Positions 54,601 through 64,000 of a DNA stretch of 64,000 nt are shown piece after piece. Each line of letters begins with the position of its first letter. The stretch's first letter is position 1. This DNA comes from the human T2T-CHM13v2.0 reference genome, Homo sapiens: assembly GCF_009914755.1 (NCBI RefSeq), contig NC_060942.1, one strand, 5' to 3'. The position numbers and the translations under genes are program-made. The notes under the pieces are model-generated. The model did no database searches. It worked only from the letters and a program-made list of their open reading frames with translations, and had not been told where the DNA came from.

Positions 54601-57600
54601 TCAGGACACAGAGTTGAACATTCCCTATCATAGAGCAGGTTGGAATCACTCCTTTTGTAGTATCTGGAAGTGGACATTTGGAGCGCTTTCAGGCCTATTT
54701 TGGAAAGGGAAATATCTTCCCGTAACAACTATGCAGAAGCATTCTCAGAAACTTGTTTGTGATGTGTGCCCTCTACTGACAGAGTTGAACCTTTCTTTTC
54801 ATAGAGCAGTTTTGAAACACTCTTTTTGTAGAATCTGCAAGAGGATATTTGCATAGCTTTGAGGATTTCGTGGGAAACGGGATTGTCTTCAGGTAAAATC
54901 TAGACAGAAGCATTCTCAGAAACTTCTTTGGGATGTTTGCATTCAAGTCACAGAGTAGAACATTCCCTTTGGTAGAGCAGGTTTGAAACACTCTTTTTGT
55001 AGTATCTGGAAGTGGACATTTGGAGCGCTTTCAGGCCCATGTTGGAAAGGGAAATATCTTCCCGTAACAACTAGGCAGAAGCATTCTCAGAAACTTATTT
55101 GAGATGTGTGTACTCAACTAAGAGAATTGAACCACCGTTTTGAAGGAGCAGTTTTGAAACACTCTTTTTCTGGAATCTGCAAGAGTATATTTGCCTAGCC
55201 TTGAGGATTTCGTTGGAAACGGGATTGTCTTCAGAGAAAATCTAGACAGAAGCATTCTCAGAAACTTCTTTGGGATGCTTGCATTCCAGTCACAGAGTAG
55301 AACATTCCCTTTGGTAGAGCAGGTTTGAAACACTCTTTTTGTAGTATCTGGAAGTGGACATTTGGAGCGCTTTCAGGCCTACGTTGGAAAAGGAAATATC
55401 TTCCCATAACAACTAGACAGAAGCATTCTCAGAAACTAGTTTCTGATGTGTGTCCTCAACTAACACAGTTGAACATTTCTTTAGACAGAACAGTTTTGAA
55501 ACACTCTTTTTGTGGAATCTGCAAGTGGCTATTTGGCTAGATTTGAGGATTTCGTTGGAAACGGGATTACATATAAAAAGCAGTCAGCAGCATTCTCAGA
55601 AAGTTCTTTGTGATGATTGCATTCAAGTCACAGAATTGAACATTCCCTTTCACAGAGCAGGTTTGAAACACTCTTTTTGTAGTGTGTGTAAGTGGACATT
55701 TGGAGCACTTACCGGCCTAAGGTGAAAAAGGAAATATCTTCCCATAAAAACTAGACAGAAGCATTCTCAGAAACTTACTCGTGATGTGTGTCCTCAACTA
55801 AAGGAGTAGAACCTTTCTTTTCATAGAGAAGTTTTGAAACGCTCTTTTTGTGGAATCTGCAAGTGGATATTTGGCTAGTTTTGAGGATTTCGTTGGAAGC
55901 GGGAATTCATACAAATTGCAGACTGCAGCGTTCTGAGAAACATCTTTGTGATGTTTGTATTCAGGACACAGAGTTGAACATTCCCTATCATAGAGCAGGT
56001 TTGAATCACTCCTTTTGTAGTATCTGGAAGTGGACATTTGGAGCGCTTTCAGGCCTATGTTGGAAAAGGAAATATCTTCCCATAACAACTAGACAGAAGC
56101 ATTCTCAGAAACTTATTTGAGATGTGTGTACTCAACTAAGAGAATTGAACCACCGTTTTGAAGGAGCAGTTTTGAAACTCTCTTTTTCTGGAATCTGCAA
56201 GTGGATATTTGGCTAGCTTTGGGGATTTCGCTGGAAGCGGGAATACATATAAAAAGCACACAGCAGCGTTCTGAGAAACTGCTTTCTGATGTTTGCATTC
56301 AAGTCAAAAGTTGAACACTCCCTTTCATAGAGCAGTCTTGAAACACCCCTTTTGTAGTATCTGGAACTGGACTTTTGGAGCGATTTCAGGGCTAAGGTGA
56401 AAAAGGAAATATCTTCCCATAAAAACTGGACAGAAGCATTCTCAGAAACTTGTTTATGCTGTATCTACTCAACTAACAAAGTTGAACCTTTCTTTTGATA
56501 GAGCAGTTTTGAAATGGTCTTTTTGTGGAATCTGCAAGTGGATATTTGGCTAGTTTTGAGGATTTCGTTGGAAGCGGGAATTCATACAAATTGCAGACTG
56601 CAGCGTTCTGAGAAACATCTTTGTGATGTTTGTATTCAGGACACAGAGTTGAACATTCCCTATCATAGAGCAGGTTGGAATCACTCCTTTTGTAGTATCT
56701 GGAAGTGGACATTTGGAGCGCTTTCAGGCCTATTTTGGAAAGGGAAATATCTTCCCGTAACAACTATGCAGAAGCATTCTCAGAAACTTGTTTGTGATGT
56801 GTGCCCTCTACTGACAGAGTTGAACCTTTCTTTTCATAGAGCAGTTTTGAAACACTCTTTTTGTAGAATCTGCAAGAGGATATTTGCATAGCTTTGAGGA
56901 TTTCGTGGGAAACGGGATTGTCTTCAGGTAAAATCTAGACAGAAGCATTCTCAGAAACTTCTTTGGGATGTTTGCATTCAAGTCACAGAGTAGAACATTC
57001 CCTTTGGTAGAGCAGGTTTGAAACACTCTTTTTGTAGTATCTGGAAGTGGACATTTGGAGCGCTTTCAGGCCCATGTTGGAAAGGGAAATATCTTCCCGT
57101 AACAACTAGGCAGAAGCATTCTCAGAAACTTATTTGAGATGTGTGTACTCAACTAAGAGAATTGAACCACCGTTTTGAAGGAGCAGTTTTGAAACACTCT
57201 TTTTCTGGAATCTGCAAGAGTATATTTGCCTAGCCTTGAGGATTTCGTTGGAAACGGGATTGTCTTCAGAGAAAATCTAGACAGAAGCATTCTCAGAAAC
57301 TTCTTTGGGATGCTTGCATTCCAGTCACAGAGTAGAACATTCCCTTTGGTAGAGCAGGTTTGAAACACTCTTTTTGTAGTATCTGGAAGTGGACATTTGG
57401 AGCGCTTTCAGGCCTACGTTGGAAAAGGAAATATCTTCCCATAACAACTAGACAGAAGCATTCTCAGAAACTAGTTTCTGATGTGTGTCCTCAACTAACA
57501 CAGTTGAACATTTCTTTAGACAGAACAGTTTTGAAACACTCTTTTTGTGGAATCTGCAAGTGGCTATTTGGCTAGATTTGAGGATTTCGTTGGAAACGGG

Positions 57601-60600
57601 ATTACATATAAAAAGCAGTCAGCAGCATTCTCAGAAAGTTCTTTGTGATGATTGCATTCAAGTCACAGAATTGAACATTCCCTTTCACAGAGCAGGTTTG
57701 AAACACTCTTTTTGTAGTGTGTGTAAGTGGACATTTGGAGCACTTACCGGCCTAAGGTGAAAAAGGAAATATCTTCCCATAAAAACTAGACAGAAGCATT
57801 CTCAGAAACTTACTCGTGATGTGTGTCCTCAACTAAAGGAGTAGAACCTTTCTTTTCATAGAGAAGTTTTGAAACGCTCTTTTTGTGGAATCTGCAAGTG
57901 GATATTTGGCTAGTTTTGAGGATTTCGTTGGAAGCGGGAATTCATACAAATTGCAGACTGCAGCGTTCTGAGAAACATCTTTGTGATGTTTGTATTCAGG
58001 ACACAGAGTTGAACATTCCCTATCATAGAGCAGGTTTGAATCACTCCTTTTGTAGTATCTGGAAGTGGACATTTGGAGCGCTTTCAGGCCTATGTTGGAA
58101 AAGGAAATATCTTCCCATAACAACTAGACAGAAGCATTCTCAGAAACTTATTTGAGATGTGTGTACTCAACTAAGAGAATTGAACCACCGTTTTGAAGGA
58201 GCAGTTTTGAAACTCTCTTTTTCTGGAATCTGCAAGTGGATATTTGGCTAGCTTTGGGGATTTCGCTGGAAGCGGGAATACATATAAAAAGCACACAGCA
58301 GCGTTCTGAGAAACTGCTTTCTGATGTTTGCATTCAAGTCAAAAGTTGAACACTCCCTTTCATAGAGCAGTCTTGAAACACCCCTTTTGTAGTATCTGGA
58401 ACTGGACTTTTGGAGCGATTTCAGGGCTAAGGTGAAAAAGGAAATATCTTCCCATAAAAACTGGACAGAAGCATTCTCAGAAACTTGTTTATGCTGTATC
58501 TACTCAACTAACAAAGTTGAACCTTTCTTTTGATAGAGCAGTTTTGAAATGGTCTTTTTGTGGAATCTGCAAGTGGATATTTGGCTAGTTTTGAGGATTT
58601 CGTTGGAAGCGGGAATTCATACAAATTGCAGACTGCAGCGTTCTGAGAAACATCTTTGTGATGTTTGTATTCAGGACACAGAGTTGAACATTCCCTATCA
58701 TAGAGCAGGTTGGAATCACTCCTTTTGTAGTATCTGGAAGTGGACATTTGGAGCGCTTTCAGGCCTATTTTGGAAAGGGAAATATCTTCCCGTAACAACT
58801 ATGCAGAAGCATTCTCAGAAACTTGTTTGTGATGTGTGCCCTCTACTGACAGAGTTGAACCTTTCTTTTCATAGAGCAGTTTTGAAACACTCTTTTTGTA
58901 GAATCTGCAAGAGGATATTTGCATAGCTTTGAGGATTTCGTGGGAAACGGGATTGTCTTCAGGTAAAATCTAGACAGAAGCATTCTCAGAAACTTCTTTG
59001 GGATGTTTGCATTCAAGTCACAGAGTAGAACATTCCCTTTGGTAGAGCAGGTTTGAAACACTCTTTTTGTAGTATCTGGAAGTGGACATTTGGAGCGCTT
59101 TCAGGTCCATGTTGGAAAGGGAAATATCTTCCCGTAACAACTAGGCAGAAGCATTCTCAGAAACTTATTTGAGATGTGTGTACTCAACTAAGAGAATTGA
59201 ACCACCGTTTTGAAGGAGCAGTTTCGAAACACTCTTTTTCTGGAATCTGCAAGAGTATATTTGCCTAGCCTTGAGGATTTCGTTGGAAACGGGATTGTCT
59301 TCAGAGAAAATCTAGACAGAAGCATTCTCAGAAACTTCTTTGGGATGCTTGCATTCCAGTCACAGAGTAGAACATTCCCTTTGGTAGAGCAGGTTTGAAA
59401 CACTCTTTTTGTAGTATCTGGAAGTGGACATTTGGAGCGCTTTCAGGCCTACGTTGGAAAAGGAAATATCTTCCCATAACAACTAGACAGAAGCATTCTC
59501 AGAAACTAGTTTCTGATGTGTGTCCTCAACTAACACAGTTGAACATTTCTTTAGACAGAACAGTTTTGAAACACTCTTTTTGTGGAATCTGCAAGTGGCT
59601 ATTTGGCTAGATTTGAGGATTTCGTTGGAAACGGGATTACATATAAAAAGCAGTCAGCAGCATTCTCAGAAAGTTCTTTGTGATGATTGCATTCAAGTCA
59701 CAGAATTGAACATTCCCTTTCACAGAGCAGGTTTGAAACACTCTTTTTGTAGTGTGTGTAAGTGGACATTTGGAGCACTTACCGGCCTAAGGTGAAAAAG
59801 GAAATATCTTCCCATAAAAACTAGACAGAAGCATTCTCAGAAACTTACTCGTGATGTGTGTCCTCAACTAAAGGAGTAGAACCTTTCTTTTCATAGAGAA
59901 GTTTTGAAACGCTCTTTTTGTGGAATCTGCAAGTGGATATTTGGCTAGTTTTGAGGATTTCGTTGGAAGCGGGAATTCATACAAATTGCAGACTGCAGCG
60001 TTCTGAGAAACATCTTTGTGATGTTTGTATTCAGGACACAGAGTTGAACATTCCCTATCATAGAGCAGGTTTGAATCACTCCTTTTGTAGTATCTGGAAG
60101 TGGACATTTGGAGCGCTTTCAGGCCTATGTTGGAAAAGGAAATATCTTCCCATAACAACTAGACAGAAGCATTCTCAGAAACTTATTTGAGATGTGTGTA
60201 CTCAACTAAGAGAATTGAACCACCGTTTTGAAGGAGCAGTTTTGAAACTCTCTTTTTCTGGAATCTGCAAGTGGATATTTGGCTAGCTTTGGGGATTTCG
60301 CTGGAAGCGGGAATACATATAAAAAGCACACAGCAGCGTTCTGAGAAACTGCTTTCTGATGTTTGCATTCAAGTCAAAAGTTGAACACTCCCTTTCATAG
60401 AGCAGTCCTGAAACACCCCTTTTGTAGTATCTGGAACTGGACTTTTGGAGCGATTTCAGGGCTAAGGTGAAAAAGGAAATATCTTCCCATAAAAACTGGA
60501 CAGAAGCATTCTCAGAAACTTGTTTATGCTGTATCTACTCAACTAACAAAGTTGAACCTTTCTTTTGATAGAGCAGTTTTGAAATGGTCTTTTTGTGGAA

Positions 60601-63600
60601 TCTGCAAGTGGATATTTGGCTAGTTTTGAGGATTTCGTTGGAAGCGGGAATTCATACAAATTGCAGACTGCAGCGTTCTGAGAAACATCTTTGTGATGTT
60701 TGTATTCAGGACACAGAGTTGAACATTCCCTATCATAGAGCAGGTTGGAATCACTCCTTTTGTAGTATCTGGAAGTGGACATTTGGAGCGCTTTCAGGCC
60801 TATTTTGGAAAGGGAAATATCTTCCCGTAACAACTATGCAGAAGCATTCTCAGAAACTTGTTTGTGATGTGTGCCCTCTACTGACAGAGTTGAACCTTTC
60901 TTTTCATAGAGCACTTTTGAAACACTCTTTTTGTAGAATCTGCAAGAGGATATTTGCATAGCTTTGAGGATTTCGTGGGAAACGGGATTGTCTTCAGGTA
61001 AAATCTAGACAGAAGCATTCTCAGAAACTTCTTTGGGATGTTTGCATTCAAGTCACAGAGTAGAACATTCCCTTTGGTAGAGCAGGTTTGAAACACTCTT
61101 TTTGTAGTATCTGGAAGTGGACATTTGTAGCGCTTTCAGGCCCATGTTGGAAAGGGAAATATCTTCCCGTAACAACTAGGCAGAAGCATTCTCAGAAACT
61201 TATTTGAGATGTGTGTACTCAACTAAGAGAATTGAACCACCGTTTTGAAGGAGCAGTTTTGAAACACTCTTTTTCTGGAATCTGCAAGAGTATATTTGCC
61301 TAGCCTTGAGGATTTCGTTGGAAACGGGATTGTCTTCAGAGAAAATCTAGACAGAAGCATTCTCAGAAACTTCTTTGGGATGTTTGCATTCAAGTCACAG
61401 AGTAGAACATTCCCTTTGGTAGAGCAGGTTTGAAACACTCTTTTTTTAGTATATGGAAGTGGACATTTGGAGCGCTTTCAGGCCTACGTTGGAAAAGGAA
61501 ATATCTTCCCATAACAACTAGACAGAAGCATTCTCAGAAACTAGTTTCTGATGTGTGTCCTCAACTAACACAGTTGAACATTTCTTTAGACAGAACAGTT
61601 TTGAAACACTCTTTTTGTGGAATCTGCAAGTGGCTATTTGGCTAGATTTGAGGATTTCGTTGGAAACGGGATTACATATAAAAAGCAGTCAGCAGCATTC
61701 TCAGAAAGTTCTTTGTGATGATTGCATTCAAGTCACAGAATTGAACATTCCCTTTCACAGAGCAGGTTTGAAACACTCTTTTTGTAGTGTGTTTAAGTGG
61801 ACATTTGGAGCACTTACCGGCCTAAGGTGAAAAAGGAAATATCTTCCCATAAAAACTAGACAGAAGCATTCTCAGAAACTTACTCGTGATGTGTGTCCTC
61901 AACTAAAGGAGTAGAACCTTTCTTTTCATAGAGAAGTTTTGAAACGCTCTTTTTGTGGAATCTGCAAGTGGATATTTGGCTAGTTTTGAGGATTTCGTTG
62001 GAAGCGGGAATTCATACAAATTGCAGACTGCAGCGTTCTGAGAAACATCTTTGTGATGTTTGTATTCAGGACACAGAGTTGAACATTCCCTATCATAGAG
62101 CAGGTTTGAATCACTCCTTTTGTAGTATCTGGAAGTGGACATTTGGAGCGCTTTCAGGCCTATGTTGGAAAAGGAAATATCTTCCCATAACAACTAGACA
62201 GAAGCATTCTCAGAAACTTATTTGAGATGTGTGTACTCAACTAAGAGAATTGAACCACCGTTTTGAAGGAGCAGTTTTGAAACTCTCTTTTTCTGGAATC
62301 TGCAAGTGGATATTTGGCTAGCTTTGGGGATTTCGCTGGAAGCGGGAATACATATAAAAAGCACACAGCAGCGTTCTGAGAAACTGCTTTCTGATGTTTG
62401 CATTCAAGTCAAAAGTTGAACACTCCCTTTCATAGAGCAGTCTTGAAACACCCCTTTTGTAGTATCTGGAACTGGACTTTTGGAGCGATTTCAGGGCTAA
62501 GGTGAAAAAGGAAATATCTTCCCATAAAAACTGGACAGAAGCATTCTCAGAAACTTGTTTATGCTGTATCTACTCAACTAACAAAGTTGAACCTTTCTTT
62601 TGATAGAGCAGTTTTGAAATGGTCTTTTTGTGGAATCTGCAAGTGGATATTTGGCTAGTTTTGAGGATTTCGTTGGAAGCGGGAATTCATACAAATTGCA
62701 GACTGCAGCGTTCTGAGAAACATCTTTGTGATGTTTGTATTCAGGACACAGAGTTGAACATTCCCTATCATAGAGCAGGTTGGAATCACTCCTTTTGTAG
62801 TATCTGGAAGTGGACATTTGGAGCGCTTTCAGGCCTATTTTGGAAAGGGAAATATCTTCCCGTAACAACTATGCAGAAGCATTCTCAGAAACTTGTTTGT
62901 GATGTGTGCCCTCTACTGACAGAGTTGAACCTTTCTTTTCATAGAGCAGTTTTGAAACACTCTTTTTGTAGAATCTGCAAGAGGATATTTGCATAGCTTT
63001 GAGGATTTCGTGGGAAACGGGATTGTCTTCAGGTAAAATCTAGACAGAAGCATTCTCAGAAACTTCTTTGGGATGTTTCCATTCAAGTCACAGAGTAGAA
63101 CATTCCCTTTGGTAGAGCAGGTTTGAAACACTCTTTTTGTAGTATCTGGAAGTGGACATTTGGAGCGCTTTCAGGCCCATGTTGGAAAGGGAAATATCTT
63201 CCCGTAACAACTAGGCAGAAGCATTCTCAGAAACTTATTTGAGATGTGTGTACTCAACTAAGAGAATTGAACCACCGTTTTGAAGGAGCAGTTTTGAAAC
63301 ACTCTTTTTCTGGAATCTGCAAGAGTATATTTGCCTAGCCTTGAGGATTTCGTTGGAAACGGGATTGTCTTCAGAGAAAATCTAGACAGAAGCATTCTCA
63401 GAAACTTCTTTGGGATGTTTGCATTCAAGTCACAGAGTAGAACATTCCCTTTGGTAGAGCAGGTTTGAAACACTCTTTTTTTAGTATATGGAAGTGGACA
63501 TTTGGAGCGCTTTCAGGCCTACGTTGGAAAAGGAAATATCTTCCCATAACAACTAGACAGAAGCATTCTCAGAAACTAGTTTCTGATGTGTGTCCTCAAC

Positions 63601-64000
63601 TAACACAGTTGAACATTTCTTTAGACAGAACAGTTTTGAAACACTCTTTTTGTGGAATCTGCAAGTGGCTATTTGGCTAGATTTGAGGATTTCGTTGGAA
63701 ACGGGATTACATATAAAAAGCAGTCAGCAGCATTCTCAGAAAGTTCTTTGTGATGATTGCATTCAAGTCACAGAATTGAACATTCCCTTTCACAGAGCAG
63801 GTTTGAAACACTCTTTTTGTAGTGTGTGTAAGTGGACATTTGGAGCACTTACCGGCCTAAGGTGAAAAAGGAAATATCTTCCCATAAAAACTAGACAGAA
63901 GCATTCTCAGAAACTTACTCGTGATGTGTGTCCTCAACTAAAGGAGTAGAACCTTTCTTTTCATAGAGAAGTTTTGAAACGCTCTTTTTGTGGAATCTGC

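Larger units (their letters stand above)
16759..63563 (+). repeat. 23 consecutive canonical-length 12-mer HORs, each exactly 2035 bp
   Basis: The ORF-track anchor MKHSF recurs at 16660, 18695, 20730 ... 63465 with an invariant 2035 spacing (46805 = 23 x 2035). Units differ only by scattered SNVs. A partial unit continues to 64000. Confidence 0.96.
1..64000 (+). repeat. Centromeric alpha-satellite HOR array, dimeric SF2 type, probably D18Z1 (S2C18H1L) of human chromosome 18
   Basis: Alphoid hallmarks recur every ~170 bp in one orientation throughout: CATTCTCAGAAAC, TTTGAAACACTCTTTTTGT, GTGGACATTTGGAGCGCTTT, GGAAATATCTTCCCATAA. A CENP-B box occurs in every second monomer. The HOR period is 2035 bp, with EcoRI GAATTC at e.g. 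1641, 3001, 3676 (spacings 1360 and 675). These match the 1.36/0.68 kb EcoRI fragments and 12-mer/8-mer organisation I recall for D18Z1. The alpha-satellite call is near certain; the chromosome assignment is about 0.85. Confidence 0.98.

Noticed and set aside
176-63865. Hundreds of 61-125 aa ORFs on both strands
   Set aside because: They recur with the satellite period, overlap in several frames, mostly use non-ATG starts, and are freely broken by indels and stops. They are translations of alphoid DNA with no recognisable protein domain.
1-64000. CRISPR-like repeat/spacer appearance of the recurring CATTCTCAGAAAC motif
   Set aside because: The intervening sequences are homologous monomer bodies rather than unique spacers, and there are no cas genes.
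1-64000. Possible L1/Alu insertion, inversion or foreign insert hidden in the array
   Set aside because: All unit lengths are fully accounted for by dimer arithmetic and 1-5 bp deletions. I saw no poly-A tail, target-site duplication or strand switch.
1-64000. Assignment to the chromosome X DXZ1 12-mer (about 2.0 kb)
   Set aside because: DXZ1 is pentameric SF3 with a ~2057-bp unit. This array is strictly dimeric with a 2035-bp period and EcoRI 1360/675 spacing.

Overview
The whole 64 kb window is primate (almost certainly human) centromeric alpha-satellite DNA. It is one uninterrupted, single-orientation tandem array of ~169-171 bp monomers arranged as alternating CENP-B-box (B-type) and pJ-alpha-like (A-type) dimers. 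The higher-order repeat (HOR) is a 12-mer of 2035 bp made of six dimers, which I label D1-D6 (338, 342, 342, 338, 338, 337 bp). It carries two EcoRI sites giving 1360 + 675 bp fragments, which best fits chromosome 18 D18Z1 (S2C18H1L, suprachromosomal family 2); that assignment comes from recall, not a search. I see no genes, transposon insertions or inversions, and every ORF in the track is a satellite translation artefact. The window spans a boundary between two array layers. The left ~18 kb is heterogeneous, with 8-, 12-, 6- and 10-mer variants, small indels and six broken CENP-B boxes. The right ~46 kb has 23 consecutive units of exactly 2035 bp, carrying a distinct SNV haplotype from ~18.4 kb. 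I found no evidence for a new protein-coding or otherwise novel biological system. The interesting signal is the record of array evolution: deletions between internal homologies, kb-scale segment copying and conversion-like tracts. All variant calls were made by eye.
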